A stretch of DNA of 64,000 nucleotides, taken from the NCBI GenBank assembly GCA_965198115.1, contig OZ240241.1:3808001-3872000 (forward strand). Direction: 5' to 3'. This DNA comes from Candidatus Latescibacterota bacterium. Lineage in GTDB: Bacteria > Latescibacterota > UBA2968. The notes below the pieces were generated by a model. That model was not told the DNA's origin and searched no databases. It worked only from the letters and a program-made list of their open reading frames with translations. Below are positions 18,849-28,281 of the stretch, piece by piece (within the stretch, counting starts at the first letter, position 1; each line of letters begins with the position of its first letter). The translations under genes and the position numbers were made by a program.

Positions 18849-21800
18849 TTGAGCGACGAACAGACACCCCAATCTCCTACCGCACCCGAGCGGGTTCCCA
18901 CCCGTGTGAGGCGAACGTTCGAGGTCACTACTCAGCGGCCGGTGGCCATCTCTATGGTGGTGCTGGCCGTCGCGGTGTTCGGCTACGTGTCGTATCAGCA
19001 GCTTCCGCTGAACATGATGCCGGACATCTCCTACCCGACGCTGACGATTCGGACGGACTACCCCGATACGGCCCCAGAAGAGGTCGAGAGTCTGATTTCC
19101 CGACTGATCGAACAACGTCTGGGCGTCGTCAGCAATCTCGTGGGTATCACTTCCATCTCCCGCGCAGGTATTTCCGACGTCATTCTCGAATTCGGTTGGG
19201 GCACGGATATGAACGACGCGGTTCAGACGGTCCGGGAAAACCTCGATCGTCTGCGGTTGCCTCAGGGTCTTAACCGCCCGCTCATCCTCCGATACGATCC
19301 GACCCAAGATCCGATCATGCGGCTCGGAGTTTACGGCAACGTCGATTTGTTCGCGTTGCGGCTGATCGCGGAGGAAGAGATCAAACAGGAACTCGAGGCG
19401 CTCAGGGGGGTGGCGGCCGCCCGCGTTTCGGGGGGACTGGAGGAGGAGATCCGCGTCGAGATCAGCGAGGCTCAGCTCGCGGCGTTGGGGATGGGCATCA
19501 ACGACATCAACCAACGCCTGCGGGATGAGAACGTCAACCTGGCGGGCGGGAGCCTGCTCGACGGCCAGACCCAATACCTGGTCCGAACGCTCAACGAGTT
19601 CCGGACGCTGCAGGATATTTCCGAGCTGGTCGTGGGCGAACGGAACGGCGTGGAAATCCGGGTCAAGGACGTCGGAAAAGTCAACGGGACGAACAAGGAG
19701 CGCGAGATCATCACCCGTGTGAACGGTGTTGAAAGCGTCGAGATCGAGATCTTCAAGGAAGCGGATGCGAACATCGTGGCGACGGCTCGGCGGGTACGAG
19801 ACCGACTCTTTGGTACGTCAGAGCAGCACGAATATGTCGACAAGCTCGAGCGGGGCGACCTCGAACTCAAGACCACGTCCAAACGGAAGGAGCAGGTTCG
19901 ACAGTTCGTTCAACTCAAGGAGATGACGAGTTTCATCTCCTACGGCCTTCCCGATGGTGTCGAGCTCGAGCTCCTGTCGGATCAGTCGACGTTCATTAAG
20001 AATTCTGTAGACGAGGTGAAGCAGACAGCGGTCATCGGTGGCGTGCTGGCCATCTTGATCCTCTACATCTTCCTGCGTAACCCCACACACACGGCGATTG
20101 TCGGGTTGGCGATCCCGATTTCGGTCGTCGCGACGTTCGCGCCGATGAACATTTTCGGCGTGTCCTTGAACATCATGTCGCTCGGTGGTCTGGCGCTGGG
20201 CATCGGCATGCTCGTGGACAACTCGATCGTGGTACTCGAGAGCATCTACCGCTGTCGCGAAGAGGGTGACGATCTCGTGGAGGCCACGGTTCGGGGCACG
20301 GGTGATGTCGGTGGAGCCGTGTTCGCCTCGACACTCACGACGGTTGCCGTGTTTTTTCCGATCGTCTTCGTCGAAGGCGTCGCGGGTCAGATTTTTGGCG
20401 ACATGGCGATGACCGTGGTGTTCGCCCTTCTTGCTTCGCTGGGTGTCGCGCTTTTTTTCATTCCCATGCTGGCATCCCGAAGGGTCAACCTGAGCTCGGA
20501 CGACGAGGGCACCCTGGCGGCCGCAACCCGTTCCGCCGCCCTGCGGTTGAAATCGATCGAGCGCCTCAGATCGTTGGCCGGGAGTGACGCGTCGACGGGT
20601 CAGAAGGTTCGTAGGGGTCTGATCACACTGCCTCTGCTCATGTTCGAATGGGTGTGGCGTACCGTGTGGATCGTTGGGAGCGCTGTCGTGGTGGCGATCA
20701 AGGCGGTCGTCGTGCTCGTCGGCGCCCTCGTGTTTTTTCCGGTCGCGGCCGGTGTGCAGCGGTTACGGGGGCAGCGTCCGTCTGATCTGTGGCAGACGTT
20801 CGCCAGGTTGGCAGAGGACCGTTCGCTGTTCGGTCGACCGTTCTCGAGCGCCATTTGGAATGACCTGCTTACCTATTCGACCGTTTCTGCGTTCGGCACT
20901 GACTTATCCCGCGCCTTTGTATGGGCAGTTCGATCGATTCTCAAACCTCTACGATGGATCCGGAACACGACCCGGTTCAGGCAAGTGCTACGGGTGCTTC
21001 CGGGGCTCGTCGGGTGCGTCGTCGCGATTCTGTTGATTCCGCTGGGTCCGGTCTATTTCATCGCCAGGTTTGCGATCTTCACGTCGATCGGGCTCGTCGG
21101 AAAGGTGCTGGTACACGCGATGATGCTCGTCTTTCTGGCGGCGACCGTCGAGCTTGTCTTGTTTGCGGCGCTTCTGCTCCCGATTCTTGCTCCATTGCTT
21201 TACCTGTTCGAGGGTTTCTTCGGCTACGTGCGTGGTGTGTATCCACACCTCCTCCGATCGGCGCTCCAGAATCGCGGGTCGGTTATCGGTCTGGCCGTCG
21301 TGCCTTTTGTGGCAACTTTTTTCTACCTGGTGCCCCTCCTCGGGTCCGAATTGATACCACAGGTCTACCAGGGCGAGTTCGACGTTGATCTGGCATTGCC
21401 GGTCGGCACGCCCCTGGCTGCGACTGACGAGATGATCGCACAGATCGAAGCGCGTCTGCTCGACGAACGGGAGATTGCCCAAATGGCGACTTCGGTTGGC
21501 GTCGACCGGACGGAGATTTCATCAGCGGATCGTGGTGAACACACGGCCGAATTGACGGTCGTACTTCGAGACGACTCGTCGGACTCGACGAACACGCTGG
21601 CCAGTTTTGCCGGTGACCTGGTCTCGCTACCCGCCCGAATCTGGGGTGGGATCACGGGTCAGAGCGAGCTCGCCAAGCGTGAGGAACAGCTGATGCGCCG
21701 GATTCGGGCCCGCTTGACTGATCTACCACAAGTGCGGGTGGATTTCTCGCGACCTGCGCTCTTCTCTTTCAAGACACCGATCGAGCTCGAAATACGGGGT

Positions 21801-22832
21801 TACGATTTAAGCACGCTCGGTCGACTCGGGTCGGACGTTCAAGAGCGACTTGCGGACGTACCCGGGCTGTTCGACGTGAAGTCGAGTCTCCAACGCGGCA
21901 GTCCCGAAGTTCAGATCGTCTACGATCGCGATCTGATGGCCAAGTACAACCTGAACGTCCGAGCTGTAGCCGAGCTCGTGCAGAAGAAGGTGCAGGGGAA
22001 CGTGGTCACCCGATTCAGAAAAGAGGACCGCCGCATCGACGTGCTCGTCCGTGTGGATGAAGCGGACCGGACGGGCGTGGCGGATCTGCGACGGCTGGTC
22101 GTCAACCCTGGCGGTGCGGTTCCGATTCGGCTCGAATCACTCGCAGACATTCAGGTCCACGAGGGGCCGAGCGAAATCCGTCGGATCGATCAACAGCGCG
22201 CCGTCCTGATTTCGGCGAATGTGAGCGGGCTCGACCTGGGAACGGTGACGGGTCTGATCGAGCAGGCGCTCGAGGGGCTCGACGTGCCCGCCGACGTGAC
22301 GTTCATCATCGGGGGTCAGAACAGGGAAATGCAAACGTCGCTCGACAGTCTGACGTTCGCGCTCGCCCTCGCGATCTTCCTGGTCTACATCGTGATGGCA
22401 TCGCAGTTCGAGTCGTTCCTGCATCCGTTGGTGATCATGTTCACGATTCCGCTCGCCCTCGTGGGCGTCATCCTGGTCTTGTTCGGGACGGGGGTGCCGC
22501 TGAGTGTGGTCGTGTTTCTGGGGATGATCATGCTGGCCGGAATCGTGGTGAACAATGCGATCGTTCTGGTCGATTATATCAATCAGTTGCGGAGGACGGG
22601 GCTGACCAAGGTCGATGCTATCGTCGAGGCCGGATCGGTGCGGTTGCGGCCGATTCTGATGACGACGTCGACGACCGTTCTGGGGTTGCTGCCGATGGCG
22701 ATGGGGTTGGGGGAAGGCGCGGAGATTCGAACGCCCATGGCCATCACTGTCGTGGCCGGGTTGATCAGCTCGACGCTGTTGACGCTCGTCATCATTCCCG
22801 TCGTCTACTCGGTGATCGATCGGGGTCGGTAA
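18849..22832 (+). CDS. RND efflux permease (AcrB/AcrD/AcrF family), unusually long
   Basis: GMLVDNSIVVLE, GIVVNNAIVLVD, RLRPILMT; likely TTG start at 18849 (ORF track 18765). Confidence 0.93.
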   Translation: MSDEQTPQSPTAPERVPTRVRRTFEVTTQRPVAISMVVLAVAVFGYVSYQQLPLNMMPDISYPTLTIRTDYPDTAPEEVESLISRLIEQRLGVVSNLVGITSISRAGISDVILEFGWGTDMNDAVQTVRENLDRLRLPQGLNRPLILRYDPTQDPIMRLGVYGNVDLFALRLIAEEEIKQELEALRGVAAARVSGGLEEEIRVEISEAQLAALGMGINDINQRLRDENVNLAGGSLLDGQTQYLVRTLNEFRTLQDISELVVGERNGVEIRVKDVGKVNGTNKEREIITRVNGVESVEIEIFKEADANIVATARRVRDRLFGTSEQHEYVDKLERGDLELKTTSKRKEQVRQFVQLKEMTSFISYGLPDGVELELLSDQSTFIKNSVDEVKQTAVIGGVLAILILYIFLRNPTHTAIVGLAIPISVVATFAPMNIFGVSLNIMSLGGLALGIGMLVDNSIVVLESIYRCREEGDDLVEATVRGTGDVGGAVFASTLTTVAVFFPIVFVEGVAGQIFGDMAMTVVFALLASLGVALFFIPMLASRRVNLSSDDEGTLAAATRSAALRLKSIERLRSLAGSDASTGQKVRRGLITLPLLMFEWVWRTVWIVGSAVVVAIKAVVVLVGALVFFPVAAGVQRLRGQRPSDLWQTFARLAEDRSLFGRPFSSAIWNDLLTYSTVSAFGTDLSRAFVWAVRSILKPLRWIRNTTRFRQVLRVLPGLVGCVVAILLIPLGPVYFIARFAIFTSIGLVGKVLVHAMMLVFLAATVELVLFAALLLPILAPLLYLFEGFFGYVRGVYPHLLRSALQNRGSVIGLAVVPFVATFFYLVPLLGSELIPQVYQGEFDVDLALPVGTPLAATDEMIAQIEARLLDEREIAQMATSVGVDRTEISSADRGEHTAELTVVLRDDSSDSTNTLASFAGDLVSLPARIWGGITGQSELAKREEQLMRRIRARLTDLPQVRVDFSRPALFSFKTPIELEIRGYDLSTLGRLGSDVQERLADVPGLFDVKSSLQRGSPEVQIVYDRDLMAKYNLNVRAVAELVQKKVQGNVVTRFRKEDRRIDVLVRVDEADRTGVADLRRLVVNPGGAVPIRLESLADIQVHEGPSEIRRIDQQRAVLISANVSGLDLGTVTGLIEQALEGLDVPADVTFIIGGQNREMQTSLDSLTFALALAIFLVYIVMASQFESFLHPLVIMFTIPLALVGVILVLFGTGVPLSVVVFLGMIMLAGIVVNNAIVLVDYINQLRRTGLTKVDAIVEAGSVRLRPILMTTSTTVLGLLPMAMGLGEGAEIRTPMAITVVAGLISSTLLTLVIIPVVYSVIDRGR

Positions 22833-22854
22833 CGCCAAAACGCGCTGTGTGTGC

Positions 22855-22881
22855 TAACTTTTGTCGCATTCTGACGTCTAA
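22855..22881 (+). promoter_or_regulatory. ECF-sigma-type promoter upstream of the TolC-family gene
   Basis: TAACTT-N16-TCTAA with CGTC in the -10; one mismatch to GAACTT-N16-TCTRA. Confidence 0.5.
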
Positions 22882-22936
22882 TTTAGTGTAGATTTTAGAA
22901 AGTTAGTCCTTACAAACCTTCTGGAGAGCCTTAAGC

Positions 22937-24340
22937 ATGACGATTCGTCTCGCCCTGTTCGTTGGATCTCTCGCAGTGGTGTTGTCCCTTGCGTCTCCGG
23001 TGGAGAGCCAGCAGGAAGTGACAGTCGGGAAAGTCAAGGAGGTGAGGGTCACGCTGGAGGATTGTGTGCGGCTCGCGCTCAGCCGCAATTCGTCGATCGT
23101 CCAGGGCAAACTCACCCGTGATTTCGAGGATTCGGGCGTCGATGTGGCGCGAAACGCGTTTTTGCCCCGCCTCTCCACGAACTGGGGAATATCACGCGCC
23201 ATCAACGGCCCCCGAGAGGGCCAATTCATCGACGAATCGACGGGTCTGCTGACGACGACCGTGGGGGAAAGTCAGACGAGCGGAAGTCAGAGCATTGGGG
23301 GCTCGCTGAACATGACGGTGTTCGACGCGTCCGACTTCGCCGCCCTTTCGGCGAGCAAGAATGGGCTTCGAGCATCTGAGATGGATCTGGAGAACAGTCA
23401 GCAGAATGTTGTTTTTCAGGCCAAACAGAGCTACTTCGAGTTGCTCAAGTCGATCAGCCTACTCGAAGTTCAGCAAGAGCAGCTGCGGGTTTCGGAGGAA
23501 AGCCTGAGGCGTGCCGAAACACTGAACGAGATCGGGTCTTCGCCGATCTCCGAGGTTTTCGGGGCACGGGCAGCGCTCGAACGCGATCGAGTGACGTTGA
23601 TCACGCGCGAAAACGATGTGGAGATCGACCGGTTGAACCTGGGTTTCACGCTCGGTCTTGAAACGAACGCGAGGATCGTGCCGGTGGAGGGCGATTTTGC
23701 GCCAGATTCACTCTACGTCGTGCCGGATGACGGCGAGTCCCGTGCCACACAGCACCCGAGCTTGCTATCCGATCGCTACTTAATGCTGGAGGCCAAGGAC
23801 AATCTTAGGGCGACTCAGCTGGGGGTCAGGATGCCCACGCTGAGTATGTCGGCCAGATACAGTTGGGACTTGGGGAGGGACGAGGATTTCCGCGGGGTCG
23901 AGGATCTGTTTCTCAAAAACTACCGGTATGTGGTCAGTGTCAACGTCAACCTGCCGGTCTTCAACGGTCTGAGCACGGCGACCAGCGTGAGGCGCCAGAA
24001 AATCCTCTACCTCAGGAGCCTCGAGCAATACAAGCAGTCGAGACGGCAACGCTCCCTCGACATTCAACGATCTGTCCTCAACATCGAGCGTCTGCGACGG
24101 AACATCAAAGCGAGCGAGGCAGCCGTCAAGGCCGCGGAGCAGGAGTTTCGACTCCAAGATGAAGCCTACAACTTCGGGGCCGGCACCTTCCTGCAGCGGC
24201 AGACCGCCCAGGTCAACCTGTTTAATCAGAGATCCACGCTCGTCCGGGCGACCTACGATCTACAAATCGAAAAGGCGAACCACGAACGCCTGATTGGAAC
24301 GGGCGTCGATCCCAACACTTTGATAGACTCGGTCGAATAG
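22937..24340 (+). CDS. TolC-family outer membrane efflux protein
   Basis: Signal peptide, TLEDCVRLAL, FLPRLS, NLPVFNG, duplicated OEP pattern; follows the RND genes. Confidence 0.9.
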   Translation: MTIRLALFVGSLAVVLSLASPVESQQEVTVGKVKEVRVTLEDCVRLALSRNSSIVQGKLTRDFEDSGVDVARNAFLPRLSTNWGISRAINGPREGQFIDESTGLLTTTVGESQTSGSQSIGGSLNMTVFDASDFAALSASKNGLRASEMDLENSQQNVVFQAKQSYFELLKSISLLEVQQEQLRVSEESLRRAETLNEIGSSPISEVFGARAALERDRVTLITRENDVEIDRLNLGFTLGLETNARIVPVEGDFAPDSLYVVPDDGESRATQHPSLLSDRYLMLEAKDNLRATQLGVRMPTLSMSARYSWDLGRDEDFRGVEDLFLKNYRYVVSVNVNLPVFNGLSTATSVRRQKILYLRSLEQYKQSRRQRSLDIQRSVLNIERLRRNIKASEAAVKAAEQEFRLQDEAYNFGAGTFLQRQTAQVNLFNQRSTLVRATYDLQIEKANHERLIGTGVDPNTLIDSVE

Positions 24341-24356
24341 CACGGGAGATTCAGCG

Positions 24357-24797
24357 ATGAGAAAAGCGGTCCCCTTTCTGCTCGTCGTCGCGCTTCTGAT
24401 CGGTACCCCCGTTCAGGTGTTTGCCATAGATGGGCTCTTTTCACGAAAACTCTACGGAGCCGCGGCAGCCGGGTTCGGCACATTTCTTCTGGTCGAGGCG
24501 AACAAGGCCCGATCTGACGCGGATGACGTCTACACGCTCTACGAACTCTCGGGTAATCCGTCCCTGGCACGTGACTTCTATAACACGAGCCGTGAAGATG
24601 ATACGAAGGCGGCGATCCTACTCGCCCTCGGAGCCGGGTCCATCGTCTACGGTATTCATCTGTTCTTCAAGGGTGACACGAAGCTGCCGGACCCGGAGAT
24701 GGGTCGGGGACTGGCCAAGGTGAAGGGCGTGCAGGTGGATGTGGGGGGCGACCCCGTTTCGGGGCGTGTCGGCCTGGCTTTGACGCGTGGTTTTTGA
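24357..24797 (+). CDS. Hypothetical exported/membrane protein
   Basis: GGGAG RBS, signal peptide, two hydrophobic segments, C-terminal Phe. Confidence 0.7.
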   Translation: MRKAVPFLLVVALLIGTPVQVFAIDGLFSRKLYGAAAAGFGTFLLVEANKARSDADDVYTLYELSGNPSLARDFYNTSREDDTKAAILLALGAGSIVYGIHLFFKGDTKLPDPEMGRGLAKVKGVQVDVGGDPVSGRVGLALTRGF

Positions 24798-24816
24798 GGC
24801 GAACCGTCCTTCTCTG

Positions 24817-24861
24817 AATAGATCGGGCCGGTCTCTCGTTGAGAGACCGGCCCGATCTATT
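24817..24861. terminator. Bidirectional terminator (21-bp perfect stem)
   Basis: AATAGATCGGGCCGGTCTCTC-GTT-GAGAGACCGGCCCGATCTATT between convergent genes. Confidence 0.85.
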
Positions 24862-24875
24862 TCTGGTGGACGAGC

Positions 24876-25175
24876 TCAGATGCCGAACTGATCGAGAAGG
24901 CGGTCCGCGATGACGCCACGAACCTCTTCGCTGTCCAATTCTCCCGATTCAATCTTCGCGCGCACTTCCTCGATCCGGTCCTCGCGGACGTCTGGTGCCT
25001 TTCGCGCCTCGTCTGCCATTCGTGTGGTAAGACGTGCGTCGGTGGACAGATCGACGCGATCCGACGAGGATGTGTCGTCTGATTGGTCGGTGCCCCGCGT
25101 CGGCTCTTCCCGACGTCGTGTCTGCTCGGTACGACGCGGTCCTTCCGACTGTGGTAGATCGCCGATACGTGCCAC
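24876..25175 (-). CDS. flgM: Anti-sigma-28 factor FlgM-like protein
   Basis: DRVDLSTDAR...PDVREDRIEEVRAKIESG...IADRLL; GTG start at 25175 with GGAGGAG RBS. Confidence 0.82.
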   Translation of the reverse strand: MARIGDLPQSEGPRRTEQTRRREEPTRGTDQSDDTSSSDRVDLSTDARLTTRMADEARKAPDVREDRIEEVRAKIESGELDSEEVRGVIADRLLDQFGI

Positions 25176-25218
25176 GTTGGGCTCCTCCGAAAATGGACGT
25201 AAGCTCGTAGACCTACTG

Positions 25219-25247
25219 AAGATACGGTGGTGGGCGACCCGGGTCAA
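25219..25247 (-). promoter_or_regulatory. Sigma70-type promoter for flgM
   Basis: Minus strand TTGACC-N17-TATCTT. Confidence 0.6.
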
Positions 25248-25521
25248 GCCGCGCTGAGCACCAGTTGACCGTTTTGGGAGACGGGCGTATGATTCATCTG
25301 TCCCCACAGATCATCCCTCCAGCACGACCTCGGCGGGTCAGGATGGCCACGCTCCGGTGGTCGTGTGCCCACCCCGGTTGAACCATGCGCTTTCTTGCTC
25401 GGGTTCTGCAGCTTCTGGGCCTCGTTGAAGCCGGATATGGCCTTTTCATCGGACTCTACGAGCAGGATATCGCGCGAGAACTCCAGTTTGCAGCTTTAGG
25501 CGCGATCCTCTTTCTCGCAGG

Positions 25522-26340
25522 ATGGCTGATTCAGCGCACCCAAGGCGATTCGTGAGTGGCCGCGGTCCCTGGATGGTGTTGTGTCTTGCGCTGATCGGAT
25601 GCGCCGAGCCTGAGACGTCCTCTTCACGCCAGGCGTCGGCGACACCTGGCCCGGTTGCGAGGCTCGACTCATCCACAGCGCGTGGCGTCGTCGCATCCGG
25701 AGGTCTCGATTCGGTCGCAGCCCGTCTGGGGACCCGGAGAACCTGGGTCCTCGAGGTCCTCGAGGCGTCGAGCCCTCCGCACGATGTCGCGCTGGCGGCC
25801 AGGCTGCTCTCTGTCGCGCGTGGCGAGGACAAACTGACGTTTGCGTCCTGGTTGGTGGATCGCGGTGCACGGAGCGCGCCTCCGCTGATCGACCTTCTCG
25901 CGACACCCATCGATCTGCAGACGACGATTCAAGCCGTGCAGACGCTCGGAAAACTCGGAGAACGGAAGGCCATACCGGTGATCAAGACGCGGCTGGGACA
26001 CCGTGACGCGTGGGTGCGAATGGCGTCCGCCCACGCGCTCGGCGAAATCGGGGGGGAGGGGGTCGTCGACGCGCTGGGCGAGTTGATGACCGACAGCGAG
26101 GCACCTGTCGTGGCCGCCGCCGTGATCGCCCTTGGAAAGTCGGGCGATTCCGGAGGTCTACCACGGGTTCTGGATGCGCTCAGCCACGCGAATCCCCGTG
26201 TCCGGGGAGCGGCCGCGTCGGCAGTCGGCCGGCTTGGGTCGGGTTCGCACGCCGATCGCCTCCGAGATCTCCTGATGGACCCGGACGAGGGTGTGCGCTA
26301 TAAAGCTTCGCAGGCACTCGATCGGCTCGCGATCGAGTGA
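25522..26340 (+). CDS. HEAT-repeat (PBS lyase-like) probable lipoprotein
   Basis: LIGC lipobox; repeats VRMASAHALGEIG, VRGAAASAVGRLG, VRYKASQAL. Confidence 0.85.
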   Translation: MADSAHPRRFVSGRGPWMVLCLALIGCAEPETSSSRQASATPGPVARLDSSTARGVVASGGLDSVAARLGTRRTWVLEVLEASSPPHDVALAARLLSVARGEDKLTFASWLVDRGARSAPPLIDLLATPIDLQTTIQAVQTLGKLGERKAIPVIKTRLGHRDAWVRMASAHALGEIGGEGVVDALGELMTDSEAPVVAAAVIALGKSGDSGGLPRVLDALSHANPRVRGAAASAVGRLGSGSHADRLRDLLMDPDEGVRYKASQALDRLAIE

Positions 26341-26344
26341 ACCC

Positions 26345-27034
26345 ATGGGGCTGCGTGGATCCTTTGCCCTTTTCCTCCTGCTGATGACGATCCTGGCCTG
26401 TGGGAGGTCCACACCTGTAAATGTCGATGTCTTCTTTGGCGACCCGGACTCCCCCGGTCCCGCCGATCCGCCCTACCTCGAGACGATCATCTTCGCGAAT
26501 GGTCTACGACTCCAGCTGGTTGAATCACCGGGGCTGACGCGAAGCTATCCCGGTGCCTCGGGGAATCTCTTCGGATCGTCGCGCGAACGCCACTTTCAGC
26601 CCGTCAGCTTTTTTATTCCCCTCGAGCGTATCGCGCTCTCACATCCCCTCTCACAGAATTTCGTCCTTTCCGAGTTCGTCGGCCCCACGGTCGAGCGTGG
26701 CGGCCAATGGGCCTACGTAGATGCCCAGGTCGCGGACCACGTTCAGAGAATTCGCTCAGGCCTCGGACGTCCGGTGATTTTGTCGAGCGCCTTCCGGTCG
26801 CCCGAACACAACGCCGCTGTAGGGGGTGCCTCCTACAGTCGTCACCTCTACGGCGATGCGGTGGATATCGATGTCGACCAGTTTCAGGGTGATGCGAACA
26901 CCGTCGGACAGGAAGTGTTCAACGAAGCTCTGGACGTCGGTCTGGACTTCGTGCTTCCTCTGATCGAAACGTCGGTGAACGTGTCCGGGCAGACCCGGGT
27001 CTCGTGGGTCCACATCGACGACCGGGGTTTTTGA
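26345..27034 (+). CDS. Peptidase M15A (D-Ala-D-Ala carboxypeptidase-like) lipoprotein
   Basis: ILAC lipobox; SAFRSPEHNAAVGGASYSRHLYGDAVDI and WVHIDDR zinc motifs. Confidence 0.88.
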   Translation: MGLRGSFALFLLLMTILACGRSTPVNVDVFFGDPDSPGPADPPYLETIIFANGLRLQLVESPGLTRSYPGASGNLFGSSRERHFQPVSFFIPLERIALSHPLSQNFVLSEFVGPTVERGGQWAYVDAQVADHVQRIRSGLGRPVILSSAFRSPEHNAAVGGASYSRHLYGDAVDIDVDQFQGDANTVGQEVFNEALDVGLDFVLPLIETSVNVSGQTRVSWVHIDDRGF

Positions 27035-27960
27035 TGAGTCTGTTTCGGATTACCCTCAGCGTGGCAGCGCTTACTTCGTCTTTGTTTGCGCAGCGGATCG
27101 AGCAGGTGCGCCTCGCTCGCGCGGACTTCGATGGCAACGGCGTGGCCGAGGTCGTGGCGGGCGGTCGAGTCGGACCCTACGTTCCCTCTGATACGCCGCT
27201 TTCCGTTCGTCGCGCTCGCGTCGAGGTTCTGAAAGACGAGGCGGGCGTCAGTGAGCCGTTGGCGTGGACGGCGGACCTCCAGGTTTTGTCGGATCTCGCA
27301 GCGGGAGACTTCGATGGGGACGGGCGACCCGAAATCGTGACGGTCGGTGGTGGGCGGCTGACTGTTTTGGGCAAGCGCGGCCGAGCGCTCGTGCCCCTGG
27401 CCAGGATAGATCTGGACGGGACCACGTCTCGAGTGGCCGTTGCGACGGAGGGCGACGGTCTGATTGCGGCGACGGTCTATTCGATCGACGGCGACGGGGA
27501 TACGGGTGACACGACGATCGAGCTCTACGGTTGGGAGATGGACCAGTTGGAGCACCGTGGCCGAATCGCGCTCCGAGGGCACGTGGGCGACGTGGGTTTC
27601 TTGCACATACACAACTTACGCGGTCTCGTCGCCGAAACAGGCGGAGGTGAAGAGGGAGGAGATGCCGTCGTTTGGGATGTGTCCCACCCTCGTTCGCCAC
27701 GCGTAATCTGGGAAGGACGGGTGAACGCGGGCAGGAGGGCGCTGGTCGTCGCGACGGCGGGGCCCGGCTCCGATGTGGTTGCCTTTGGAGCAGTTGATGG
27801 CACGGTCTCGATGTGTGAGTGGACCGGGGGTGCTTTGCGTGTGCGCAACACGGTTCCCGTTGGGCCGATCGGTGACCTGGTCGCTCTGTCACCGACCGAG
27901 TGGTTGCTGGCGACGCCCTCGGGTGGGCATCGACTTCACCGTATCATCTTGCCTCACTGA
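27034..27960 (+). CDS. Exported FG-GAP/VCBS-repeat beta-propeller protein
   Basis: Signal peptide; ADFDGNGVAEVV and GDFDGDGRPEIV; TGATG coupling. Confidence 0.75.
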   Translation: MSLFRITLSVAALTSSLFAQRIEQVRLARADFDGNGVAEVVAGGRVGPYVPSDTPLSVRRARVEVLKDEAGVSEPLAWTADLQVLSDLAAGDFDGDGRPEIVTVGGGRLTVLGKRGRALVPLARIDLDGTTSRVAVATEGDGLIAATVYSIDGDGDTGDTTIELYGWEMDQLEHRGRIALRGHVGDVGFLHIHNLRGLVAETGGGEEGGDAVVWDVSHPRSPRVIWEGRVNAGRRALVVATAGPGSDVVAFGAVDGTVSMCEWTGGALRVRNTVPVGPIGDLVALSPTEWLLATPSGGHRLHRIILPH

Positions 27961-28216
27961 TTCGTGCCCGCCGGAGGAATACGTGGTCATGTAGCTTCTC
28001 TACGGTCGACGACGGGGGGCGCGTCTGCGTTCAGGTCCGTGGCTCGGAGCGTGTTGGACGAGACGCATTGTTGTCAGGTTGTCTGTTCGCGGCTGGTTCC
28101 TCACCACTGTTCTGCCACCTCGATCGAGTGGAGCGACGCGCTTATTGGAGACTCCTCGGCGTGCTGTGGTGCCGATGCCGAGCTGTCCGAAGGACGTCGC
28201 TTAACCCGTTGGAATT

Positions 28217-28245
28217 TTGACTTTCGAAGGCTCCGAGTATATATT
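28217..28245 (+). promoter_or_regulatory. Sigma70-type promoter for the M23-bactofilin operon
   Basis: TTGACT-N17-TATATT. Confidence 0.7.
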
Positions 28246-28281
28246 CGCCGCTTCGTCCGCGAGGCGATCAAGGGAGATCCT

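Noticed and set aside
25330-25490. Receiver-domain remnant (RDILLVESDEKAISGFNEA) on the minus strand
   Set aside because: Only a short resemblance; no start codon, phospho-Asp or KP motif
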